Source of the DNA: a virus
Taxonomy: Duplodnaviria > Caudoviricetes
Virus record (IMG/VR): IMGVR_UViG_3300020414_002094
Span: 1-31,251 of that record
Length of the DNA stretch: 31,251 nt
Direction: 5' to 3' (one strand)
Shown piece after piece: positions 8,816-17,352 of this stretch. The first letter of the stretch is position 1, and each line of letters opens with the position of its first letter. Made by a program: the position numbers and the translations under genes. The notes under the pieces are model-generated. The model had not been told where the DNA came from, made no database searches, and worked only from the letters and a program-made list of their open reading frames with translations.

Positions 8816-9406
8816 CTACTCTTCTCCTCCAAATGTATACCATCCAGTCATGATATATTTTACATCAGTTTGCTCTGTTTGTCCTCTATGTATATGTGTC
8901 CAGTCAGCAGGCCAAATTACAATCGAACCCTCTTTTGCTTGGGTGGTTAAACCTTGATACATGAATTCTGTGCCACCTTTATCCACATCATTTAAATAAA
9001 TCATCCACACTAATTTTCTATTAGAGGACGGTTTACCAGATGATTCCGAATGCCAGTTAAAATATCCTTCTCCAGGATAATATCTTTGAATATTGAAATA
9101 TGGACACATACTCCAATATTCCATTTTAGTTAATCCCTCGTAAAATCTTTTGTAATACGAATTTAATACCGCATTATCTAAAGATTTGAGAAATGGATTT
9201 AAAACTCTTGTTATTTTCCTATCAGAACTATCTTCAGGTCCAAAACAAAGATCAGTAGACGCTTTTAAACTACGATCTACCTCTTGATTTCCTTGTTTAC
9301 CTGCTTCTTTATAGGGAGATTTTTCAAAAAAATTGATTAATCTTTTACAATCGCGGGAGGAGATAGCATTCTCCTCCACGTAAATGAAGTCAAAAAAAGT
9401 TTTCAT
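8816..9406 (-). CDS. 2OG-Fe(II) oxygenase (prolyl 4-hydroxylase-like)
   Basis: IQRY.PGEGYFNWHSE, R.LVWMIYLNDV..GGTEF, WPADWTH.HRG and KYIMTGW. Confidence 0.9.
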   Translation of the reverse strand: MKTFFDFIYVEENAISSRDCKRLINFFEKSPYKEAGKQGNQEVDRSLKASTDLCFGPEDSSDRKITRVLNPFLKSLDNAVLNSYYKRFYEGLTKMEYWSMCPYFNIQRYYPGEGYFNWHSESSGKPSSNRKLVWMIYLNDVDKGGTEFMYQGLTTQAKEGSIVIWPADWTHIHRGQTEQTDVKYIMTGWYTFGGEE

Positions 9407-9424
9407 AACAAAAAGAATATAAAT

Positions 9425-10480
9425 TTAACTCTTGTGTCCGAACGTTCTACCGTTACTCCATGTGGGGCAGTTCAAATACCAATATGGTGAAGCACTGGGA
9501 CCTGCTGGGGGATAGTATTCATTAGTGGTGCTAGACAAGGATGGATCAACATGACTCGATCCTCCACCACCGTATCCAGAACCATGGCAGTCACCACCGT
9601 CACGACCGCCGCCACCGCCACCATACCATCCATCATATCCACTTCCAGCGGATCCACCCGATCCTCTACCACCTGAGAAACCGCTTCCGGGGTTGGGGGG
9701 AGTTCCAGTTCTGTGAGGACCTCCACCACCACCTCCATTGGAGTTTTGAGTTCCACCGCCGCCGCCACTTGCTCCGCGACAACCAGAACCATAAGAATTA
9801 CCACCGGTAGCGTCAGGTCCACCAGCACGTCCATTATTGTTTCCAGAACCACCAGAACCAGCAAGTAACAAAACCCTATCTCTATTTGTAGAGTCGTTGT
9901 CAATGGATGGTGAATCACCTGAGAAGAATCCCGCGATACCTCCCCTGAAGAATGTTTTTTTAGCGAGGATGGCATATAAACCATCGGTATGTTTTGTTTG
10001 CCAGTTTGGATGAGTGCCTCTCACATATCCGTGAGTTTCATCATGTCCTCTGGTGTGAATTAAATGATTCTCAGTGCCAGTGTTCCCAGTAAATTTAATT
10101 GGGTTAGCGGTAGATGCACTATTAGGATATCTTGATACTCTATATCCAGACAGATTAGCAGTGTTAGATGCTAAAGGTGCAGGAGTTCCTGGTCCTGTGA
10201 AAAATTCAACAGTGGTAGTTGCATCTGCAGCAGGCATATTGCCATGAACAAATACTTCTGCTCCACTGTAAGCGAACACCATACCGTAGTTTGCTGTTCC
10301 ACTGATAGCAGCAGTGGAGTTGTCACTTTCACTAACAGCGTCTTGGAACTGTGCTCCTGAAACAAAAGGAGGAGAACCACCGGTGTCTGGTGCTTTACCA
10401 AAACCAAAACCAGCGATACCTCTTGTTATACCACTGAAAAAGGGTGCTTCCTTTGTAAAGAAATCATTGAAAATTCCCAT
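9425..10480 (-). CDS. Gly-rich adhesin-like virion protein (class II)
   Basis: KEAPFFSGITRG..GFGFG leader; LLLAGSGG, GGGGTQ and GWYGGGGGG...GGGGSS, resembling ALK/LTK-type Gly-rich domains; RBS GGAGG. Confidence 0.8.
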   Translation of the reverse strand: MGIFNDFFTKEAPFFSGITRGIAGFGFGKAPDTGGSPPFVSGAQFQDAVSESDNSTAAISGTANYGMVFAYSGAEVFVHGNMPAADATTTVEFFTGPGTPAPLASNTANLSGYRVSRYPNSASTANPIKFTGNTGTENHLIHTRGHDETHGYVRGTHPNWQTKHTDGLYAILAKKTFFRGGIAGFFSGDSPSIDNDSTNRDRVLLLAGSGGSGNNNGRAGGPDATGGNSYGSGCRGASGGGGGTQNSNGGGGGGPHRTGTPPNPGSGFSGGRGSGGSAGSGYDGWYGGGGGGRDGGDCHGSGYGGGGSSHVDPSLSSTTNEYYPPAGPSASPYWYLNCPTWSNGRTFGHKS

Positions 10481-10492
10481 GATTACCTCCTA

Positions 10493-11458
10493 TCAAATTG
10501 CGATATCGCCATGTGCAAATCCACCATTCTTGGTAATAAATGGTTTGTAACTTTGAGCGTCGGTATTAGTTCCACCATTGTAGTGAACACCAATAGAAAT
10601 TATATCAGTATCTCTTGCCGTATTGGATAAAGTGACTGTTGTCGCACTTCCGATGCGTGCATCAGTATTAAATCCTGCCACTCCTCTTGGAGTGAGTCTA
10701 ATATGAGTTCCAATACCACCGGGGAATCCACTAGGAATGCCATCCACCATTGTATTACCAATACCACCCGAAGGTGCAGATGTATTTTGATCAAATATGA
10801 TGGTTACTGTGTGGAAAGAATTTTGCTCTACTGGGAAGTTCTTGATAGAAACAATACCAACGTTTCCGTTAGCAAGACTGTGAGTGAAAACTGTGCCCTG
10901 TAAGCAGTCGAGTTCGAGTGTAACACTCTTGTCAGTAATATAGTGGGATGTAGCACCGGTAGCAACACGTTCTCTTGCGTTGTAGACACTAACTCCTCCC
11001 TGGAATGTTACCGCTGTTCCTGCTCTAGCAGTGATAATTCCCGTTGCATTGATACCTCCTTGGGCATCAACAAGATTTCTAGCAGTTACAATGCCAACAG
11101 AGTCAATGTTGGTTACATCTTCATATGTAATTGTTCCCCCGACACTGATAGACGTTGAAAAAGCAACGAATCCCGTGAAAGTACCAGCAACACCAGTGAC
11201 ATTTCTAACAGTAATGTCTGGGGTTCCTGTAAGTGCGGCAGCAGAAGTAGCACTGGTGGCAGATGTAGCACTGTCAGCGTTACCAGTAACATTACCAGTT
11301 AAGTTACCAACAAATCCGCCAGCAGTGGCAACACCAGCAATATTTACACCACCAGCGCCGGTGATACCGTAACCTACAGGAACTTCAGCACCATAGCTAA
11401 GTTCAGGTGCGCCACTTCCGGCTCTGTTAGTTAATTTATTCGCTCTGACTCTTGACAT
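10493..11458 (-). CDS. fibre-like carrier protein with divergent C-terminal domain
   Basis: MSRVRANKL N-terminus; GTPDITVRNVTGV and YEDVTNIDSVGIVTAR modules. Confidence 0.8.
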   Translation of the reverse strand: MSRVRANKLTNRAGSGAPELSYGAEVPVGYGITGAGGVNIAGVATAGGFVGNLTGNVTGNADSATSATSATSAAALTGTPDITVRNVTGVAGTFTGFVAFSTSISVGGTITYEDVTNIDSVGIVTARNLVDAQGGINATGIITARAGTAVTFQGGVSVYNARERVATGATSHYITDKSVTLELDCLQGTVFTHSLANGNVGIVSIKNFPVEQNSFHTVTIIFDQNTSAPSGGIGNTMVDGIPSGFPGGIGTHIRLTPRGVAGFNTDARIGSATTVTLSNTARDTDIISIGVHYNGGTNTDAQSYKPFITKNGGFAHGDIAI

Positions 11459-11474
11459 GTTTCTAGAATCTTTT

Positions 11475-11486
11475 TATTTATTTAGT
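11475..11486 (-). promoter_or_regulatory. T4-type late promoter (ACTAAATA/AATAAATA overlapping)
   Basis: Minus strand reads ACTAAATAAATA upstream of ATG 11458. Confidence 0.65.
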
Positions 11487-11492
11487 AGGAGA

Positions 11493-13190
11493 TTAAGTTA
11501 CTATATTGATAACACCACCCATATTTGCGTGCGCGGTGCATTGATAGTAAAGCGTATTAGGACATACAAAAGGAACTTCAAAGATTAACACGCCATTTGA
11601 TACGTCATTATTAGTAACACCCACGTTCCATTGTGTACCAGCGGAACCATTTGAGGTGCTTTGAATACGGAATGGGTGTGCTCCCATTTTATTCTCAAAC
11701 ATATAAGTCTGACCTCTCATCAGATATAATGTTGGATCATTGAGAGTAGAGTGACCTAAACCAGGTCCAGTGAAGGTGTAATGATTAGTTCCATCTGCAC
11801 CTAATACCCAACGTCCAGCAGCAGAGTAAGAACTGTCACCACGATAAGTTACAATTCCAGAGTCAACGTGACCCGTTGCAGTGATAATACCAGCGTTGCC
11901 AGAAATTCTGATACCTGTAGCAGTTGCTATTCCTGTTACAACCACTCCAGGAGCAGTTGCTATTCCTGTCGCAACCAATCCACCAGTAACACTTACACCA
12001 CTATTAGTGGTTTCAAACTTTTTAGAATTGTCATAATAAAGATCTACTGAACCGCTATCATTTAAAACTAATGATTGTTCTCCACTCGTTGCTTGGAAAT
12101 AGAATTGCGATCCAGATCCATGAGAGGAACGAAAATAAGTGGGTTGTGTGACATCAATATAATTTACTGAGTTATGATAAATCTGTAGGTCTTGATTAGC
12201 ACCAAATCTTAATCTATCATGATCGCCAAGAGATATGGTGTCTCCAACGGAAACGGCACCTGCAAGAGTAGAAACACCAACAACATTTAAGGTGCTAGTG
12301 CTTACATCAGCAGTGTCACCACCACTGACCGTATTGGTAATAGTAACATAACCACCAGTTAAACTTGCACTAAGACCAGTGCCAAAGTTTACAGTTTGCG
12401 CTGTGCCAACAGCACTTCCGCTATCACTTACACCAACACCAGTAAATACTTCGCTAACAGAGACAGTAGCAAAACCAGCGTTTACGTTTGATATAGTTAT
12501 ACCAGAACCAAAGTTAATGGTCTGTGCTGTACCAACCGTGGTTCCACTATTACTTACACCGATACCTGTTCCAACTGCGGTGACATTAGTCAGTCCAGAA
12601 CCATCACCAATGAATTTATTAGCAGTGGCAATACCAGATATCTGCAATCCACCGGCGATGTTAATCTGACCAGTTCCATCAATTCTCTTGCTATTGAGAT
12701 CTAAATTGCCACCGAGTTGTGGAGAAGTATCTTCTACAACATTGGAGATTCCACCTCCACCAGTTCCACTACCACTAATGCCATAGGTCATGGCACCATC
12801 TTCTAATGCTAAAATATCAGGGACGAAATCGTCACCCTCAGCAACAATTAAGTCAACATTTTCATCTAACGATATTAACTCATACTGAGTATAAGCAACG
12901 TTAGTGGTTGCTGGTGGTTGAACTACAACTGTAGAACCAATACCAAGTGTGGTGTCTGTATAGTAAATAACCGATCCAGCATCATCCCCATCGGATAATG
13001 CAGTTCCTAATCCAGCACTAGCAACTCCTTCAAGATTAGATCCATCACCAATAAAACTGGTTGCGCTAACAACACCAACAACGGTTAACTTCTGATTAGG
13101 TGAAGTTGAATTAAGACCAACGTTATCACTACTATCTACCGTAAAAACGCTAGGGTTAACTAATTTTGATACCTGCCTTGCCCTTGTCAT
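11493..13190 (-). CDS. tail fibre-like protein with C-terminal cupredoxin-like domain
   Basis: MTRA N-terminus, GDGS.L modules, DTSPQLGGNLD and DLQIYH fibre motifs; C-terminal DPTLYL.RGQTY.F...HPF...LYYQCTAHANMGG. Confidence 0.8.
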   Translation of the reverse strand: MTRARQVSKLVNPSVFTVDSSDNVGLNSTSPNQKLTVVGVVSATSFIGDGSNLEGVASAGLGTALSDGDDAGSVIYYTDTTLGIGSTVVVQPPATTNVAYTQYELISLDENVDLIVAEGDDFVPDILALEDGAMTYGISGSGTGGGGISNVVEDTSPQLGGNLDLNSKRIDGTGQINIAGGLQISGIATANKFIGDGSGLTNVTAVGTGIGVSNSGTTVGTAQTINFGSGITISNVNAGFATVSVSEVFTGVGVSDSGSAVGTAQTVNFGTGLSASLTGGYVTITNTVSGGDTADVSTSTLNVVGVSTLAGAVSVGDTISLGDHDRLRFGANQDLQIYHNSVNYIDVTQPTYFRSSHGSGSQFYFQATSGEQSLVLNDSGSVDLYYDNSKKFETTNSGVSVTGGLVATGIATAPGVVVTGIATATGIRISGNAGIITATGHVDSGIVTYRGDSSYSAAGRWVLGADGTNHYTFTGPGLGHSTLNDPTLYLMRGQTYMFENKMGAHPFRIQSTSNGSAGTQWNVGVTNNDVSNGVLIFEVPFVCPNTLYYQCTAHANMGGVINIVT

Positions 13191-13211
13191 TATGCCAAGA
13201 TCTTTTTTATA

Positions 13212-13219
13212 TATTTAGA
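13212..13219 (-). promoter_or_regulatory. T4-type late promoter variant TCTAAATA
   Basis: About 22 nt upstream of ATG 13190. Confidence 0.55.
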
Positions 13220-13763
13220 CGCTCTGATGCTCTGGCAGTTTGGGAAGCAAATCGAAGGACATAATTGTCCTTGGTTTTCTTACTTGATTAGGATGAACAA
13301 AGTGTAATGTATATGATGGACAGATAAAAATTGTACCTTCTTTTACATTTGTAGGAAATGTGAGTGTAGTTGTATCACTTCTAGGATTTTGCCATGGAGA
13401 AACAAAACAAGTAGGAGTATGAACTTTAGGGTCAAAATCTAGGTAAAGAATGCCAGTGAAACCCCAACTTCTATGGTTATGAATAGTTTGTTGGTCACCT
13501 TTCTGATACCTAACAGTCCAAACATCAGTCATGCTGCAAGTGACTTCTGCCTCTTCACAGAACTCAGATAGTTCTGGTTTGATAAGATCCTGAAAGTAAT
13601 AGATATAAGATTTCTTATTTGTCTGCCTATCAGTCTCAAAGGTTTGGAGGTCAGTCCTTACAAACTTCTCCTCCTTAACCCTTTTAAGTAATCCTTTCTT
13701 TTTAAACTCCCAGTCTTTAATTTGATATTGATAGGAGGGATATTCAAATATGGGTGCCTTCAT
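13215..13763 (-). CDS. 2OG-Fe(II) oxygenase-like (HxH type)
   Basis: TDVWTVRYQKGDQQTIHNH, GILYLDF, PSYTLH and R.IMSFD. Confidence 0.8.
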   Translation of the reverse strand: MKAPIFEYPSYQYQIKDWEFKKKGLLKRVKEEKFVRTDLQTFETDRQTNKKSYIYYFQDLIKPELSEFCEEAEVTCSMTDVWTVRYQKGDQQTIHNHRSWGFTGILYLDFDPKVHTPTCFVSPWQNPRSDTTTLTFPTNVKEGTIFICPSYTLHFVHPNQVRKPRTIMSFDLLPKLPEHQSV

Positions 13764-14353
13764 AGTTTAATCCAACGTTTTTTTGCTGCCTCTTGCATAT
13801 CAAAATTGAACCACTCTTCACTGCAAATATCAAAAGCAATCGTAATTCTTTCACTATCACCTAGGTATCTGTCTGTCCAATGTGACACAGTTGAGGGAAA
13901 GAAAGTCATCTGACCATTTACATTATGAATAGGTGAACCATCATAATAAGTGCTAGTTGTGTCATCAACTTTCACACACAAATGCCCAGAAAGGGCATGA
14001 ATGGGTTTAACCTGAAATGGTGAGTGTGCATGTGGATGTATTTTTTCTCCCTTTCTCATTACATTTGCCCAGCATTGAACAAATATAGGTTTATTATTTA
14101 CTCTATTGTATGTATTATACCCGTCTTTAATACACTGTTTAAGTTTTCTTGTTCCCCACCAACTCAAAAGATTATAATGGCAGGACCTTGAAGTCAGACT
14201 TTCATATCCTAGACCTGTTTGTCCATCAAAATCATACTTGAAATCATAACTTTTTGCTGGATATTTTTTTATAACTGACTTTTCATTACTCAATATTCTT
14301 GATGACAACCAAGAAAGGTCGATATTATTGTTATCGACCACTAAAATATTCAT
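13760..14353 (-). CDS. 2OG-Fe(II) oxygenase-like (HxH, QCWAN subfamily)
   Basis: VQCWANVMRKGEKIHPHAH, FPS.V.H.TD and RITIAFD; paralog of 16727 and 23614. Confidence 0.8.
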   Translation of the reverse strand: MNILVVDNNNIDLSWLSSRILSNEKSVIKKYPAKSYDFKYDFDGQTGLGYESLTSRSCHYNLLSWWGTRKLKQCIKDGYNTYNRVNNKPIFVQCWANVMRKGEKIHPHAHSPFQVKPIHALSGHLCVKVDDTTSTYYDGSPIHNVNGQMTFFPSTVSHWTDRYLGDSERITIAFDICSEEWFNFDMQEAAKKRWIKL

Positions 14354-15084
14354 TATCTTGCCTTATCCCATGCACAATGAGCACGTTGTCCATCCTGGAG
14401 AACATAGTGGAAGAAAATTTGATGATAATAATATTGTTTCTCCTTCCTACGAAGAATGATGTCTCTCTTTCTACGTCGTGGTGTTGGCATTGGGTCACGC
14501 CAATGTGGACGTTCGCAACCCTTATAGATTACACCATCACCAGGTTTCAATACTAAACTCCTCACCTCACCAGGAACAAGAACAGTTGCTTTAGTCTTAT
14601 CAGTGTAAGTATCAGGAGTTTTGATACAGAAAGGCCAATCAGCATCATCACCCTCTAAATTAGTGCTGATATGAATAGAAACTGAAATCTCACATGCATC
14701 ACGATCAGCATGTCGAGCAAGTTCTTGTCCAGGATAATAATACCTATCATAGTAATAGGTATTATACAGTTTGCGACCAATTGCTTCTTCCAGTTTCTTA
14801 CGAACACCAGAGTGAATCTCACGATATTGTGGATGCCAATAACGTGCAGTAGAACCTTCAACCTGATGCTCAACAGGAACAAGATTAAAATGCTCTGGGT
14901 TTTTATCGTAGTAGTTATATTGCCCTTTCTGCTCAGGAACAGGATGATACAGTTCTTCTGGATCCCAAAGGTCTTTGACTACCAGATATCCATTCTTCTC
15001 AAAACTTTCATTACGAGTCCAGGCAGTTCCAGTGCTTCGCCTTTCCTGCATCGTCAGTTGCAGTTCTGTCATTTCTTCTGCCAT
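14353..15084 (-). CDS. 2OG-Fe(II) oxygenase-like protein
   Basis: RHADRDACEISVSI, PGDGVIYKGCERPHWR and YHQIFFHYV; RBS GAGG. Confidence 0.75.
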   Translation of the reverse strand: MAEEMTELQLTMQERRSTGTAWTRNESFEKNGYLVVKDLWDPEELYHPVPEQKGQYNYYDKNPEHFNLVPVEHQVEGSTARYWHPQYREIHSGVRKKLEEAIGRKLYNTYYYDRYYYPGQELARHADRDACEISVSIHISTNLEGDDADWPFCIKTPDTYTDKTKATVLVPGEVRSLVLKPGDGVIYKGCERPHWRDPMPTPRRRKRDIILRRKEKQYYYHQIFFHYVLQDGQRAHCAWDKAR

Positions 15085-15092
15085 GTTCTACC

Positions 15093-15713
15093 TCACTTCC
15101 AACGGGGACCAACAGTCCAACCAACAATAGACTTACGGGTTCCTTTTGTTACTTTCAAAACTCGATGTTGTGTGCGGGAGTCAAACAATACAATCGTGCC
15201 ACGCTTACGGGGAACCATATAACTATTGCCTGCTTCATCTAGCAGTTGCACATTACCACCCTCATAATCATCGGGGTCAGAAAGTTGCATCGCAAAAGAC
15301 AGTTTACGAACCATCTCCACATTCTCATTCAGGAAATCTTGTCCCAGACCTTCTGTGCGATTACCAACTGCAACTGGTTTGTAGTGTGTTGCTAATCCAG
15401 AATCATTATGCCATCCATAGAACTGACCTGTTTCATATCTGGTATATTGCATTGATTCTCCATCAATGCACCGCAAATCATACAGAAAATTTTCGCGATT
15501 TGCTCGCATAATATAATGCCACAAGAAACCACCGACCCAATGGTCAGTTGGAATCCAGGCATTTTGAGAGTTCCTTTTCTCTTTGTTGAGAGCATCTCCA
15601 TGCAATTTGGAATCTCCCATTTGATTATCAAAATTTTCAGATACGTCCCTCTCGATGATATCTACAATATCTTCGGGCAATCCCGTATAATACCAAATAG
15701 ATTGATACGCCAT
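15093..15713 (-). CDS. 2OG-Fe(II) oxygenase (PKHD/prolyl-hydroxylase-like)
   Basis: QYTRY..GQFYGWHND, RKLS...QLS...DYEGG and HRV..VTKGTRKSIVGW. Confidence 0.9.
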   Translation of the reverse strand: MAYQSIWYYTGLPEDIVDIIERDVSENFDNQMGDSKLHGDALNKEKRNSQNAWIPTDHWVGGFLWHYIMRANRENFLYDLRCIDGESMQYTRYETGQFYGWHNDSGLATHYKPVAVGNRTEGLGQDFLNENVEMVRKLSFAMQLSDPDDYEGGNVQLLDEAGNSYMVPRKRGTIVLFDSRTQHRVLKVTKGTRKSIVGWTVGPRWK

Positions 15714-15736
15714 ATACCTATAATGTATTCAGGTTA

Positions 15737-15765
15737 ATTATATATCAGAATTTACAAAGTGTCAA
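15737..15765 (-). promoter_or_regulatory. perfect sigma70 promoter TTGACA-17-TATAAT
   Basis: -35 at 15765-15760 (overlapping the upstream gene's TGA), 17-nt spacer, -10 at 15742-15737; 23 nt before ATG 15713. Confidence 0.85.
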
Positions 15766-16673
15766 ACGAAGTAATCAATAACAATTCTTCCAGCGTCTAC
15801 ACCACTTCCACCTGCCGTTGAAGTGGTATTTGTTCCATCAGCTCTGATAAAGGAACTTCCGCCGCCTCCACCACCAGAGGGCCACTGGTTTTCGGAGTCA
15901 GCACCGGAACCTCCGCCGCCACCTCCATAGTATCCGCCGCCGCCAGCGCCAGAACCAGATCTGCTAAGGTCTGATTTCTTGTGAGCACCGCCTTGCAATG
16001 CGCTACCGCTTCCGCCTGGTCCTTCATAACCAGCACCACCGCCACCGCCGCTGGATGGTGTTCCGCCGCCACCACCGATAGATGTCTGTCCTGGTGGTCC
16101 AGAACCACCATTACTACCACTGTTACCATTACCACCGTTAGCGCCACCTTGTCCACCAGATGCAATCCTGTGAAGATCTCCAGCGCCACCGCCACCAGAA
16201 ATAATTAGTGTATTGCCGTGAGAGACACTACCCACAAACACTCCAGCATAATGACCACCTGTCATTGCTGGTCCTGGTCTACTTCCACTATGTCCCGAAA
16301 CAGGACTAGCAGGTCCACCACCAGCAAAAGAGATGACAAGTGTTTGACCCGCTAATCCTGAGAAAGTTGCAGTGTTTAATGCACCTGCCGCTCCTCCACC
16401 ATTACCATTTCCCCCACGCGCTCCCCTTGTAGTGATAGTAATTGTATTGGATACAGCAGGGACAGTAAACGGAGTTGAACTTGTCGAAGGACTGCCAGGA
16501 CCATTAAAAGTATCTGTAGCGGGGGTTCCAACTGCTAATCCGCCGCCAGCACCAAAACCAAAACCAGAAAGACCTCTAGTAATTCCAGTGAAAAAAGGAG
16601 CTTGTTTTACGAAAAAGTCCTTATACATGGAAAAAGATGCAGTATAATATTTAGAAGATTTTATAGGTGACAT
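15762..16673 (-). CDS. Gly-rich adhesin-like virion protein (class II)
   Basis: KQAPFFTGITRG..GFGFG leader and GAGGGGYYGGGGG...GGGGGSSF; start is ATG 16673 or ATG 16628. Confidence 0.8.
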   Translation of the reverse strand: MSPIKSSKYYTASFSMYKDFFVKQAPFFTGITRGLSGFGFGAGGGLAVGTPATDTFNGPGSPSTSSTPFTVPAVSNTITITTRGARGGNGNGGGAAGALNTATFSGLAGQTLVISFAGGGPASPVSGHSGSRPGPAMTGGHYAGVFVGSVSHGNTLIISGGGGAGDLHRIASGGQGGANGGNGNSGSNGGSGPPGQTSIGGGGGTPSSGGGGGAGYEGPGGSGSALQGGAHKKSDLSRSGSGAGGGGYYGGGGGGSGADSENQWPSGGGGGGSSFIRADGTNTTSTAGGSGVDAGRIVIDYFV

Positions 16674-16726
16674 AATCAAAAAATAACTAAAGTATTACCC
16701 AGCTCAGGTAGCGTATCTGATAATGA

Positions 16727-17326
16727 TTATATTTTAATCCAGTGATTTTTTGCTCCATCATATACATCCTCATACCAATCTTCTTTTGTTTTGATGTCAA
16801 AAGCTATTGATATTCTCTCTTCATTTCCAACATATTTGTCTGTGCGATGACCAACAAAACTAGGGAACAGAGTCATGACTCCTGGTTCATTAGGAATTGA
16901 AAATGATTCATAGTGAGTATGTGTCTGTACATCACACGATATGAATAAATTACCAGAAATTGAACCGTACTTCACACTAGCATCATAGTTCCTATGTCTA
17001 TGATATTTTATTACTTCACCATTTCTCATCACATTTGCCCAGCACTGAACATATAATGGTTGCTTCTTATTCTTTGTAATATCAAAATAAGATTTTTTAA
17101 TTTCCTTTTTTAAGGAAGATACTCCCCACCAATTCAAGACATTAAAATGAGAAGATCTAGAAGTTAGAGAATTGTATCCTAGTCCAGTTTCACCATCAAA
17201 ATCCTCCGTTAAATCCCAACTTTTAGCAGGATATTTTTGAATGATTTTTTTCTCATTTTTTAGAATTTTATTTTTGAAATACAAAACATCAATATTAGTT
17301 TTGTATTTTTTCAAATCATATATCAT
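16727..17326 (-). CDS. 2OG-Fe(II) oxygenase-like (HxH, QCWAN subfamily)
   Basis: VQCWANVMRNGEVIKYHRH, FPSFVGH and RISIAFD; closely similar to 13760..14353. Confidence 0.8.
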   Translation of the reverse strand: MIYDLKKYKTNIDVLYFKNKILKNEKKIIQKYPAKSWDLTEDFDGETGLGYNSLTSRSSHFNVLNWWGVSSLKKEIKKSYFDITKNKKQPLYVQCWANVMRNGEVIKYHRHRNYDASVKYGSISGNLFISCDVQTHTHYESFSIPNEPGVMTLFPSFVGHRTDKYVGNEERISIAFDIKTKEDWYEDVYDGAKNHWIKI

Positions 17327-17352
17327 TTTAAAAAATTAAATTTTATTACAAA

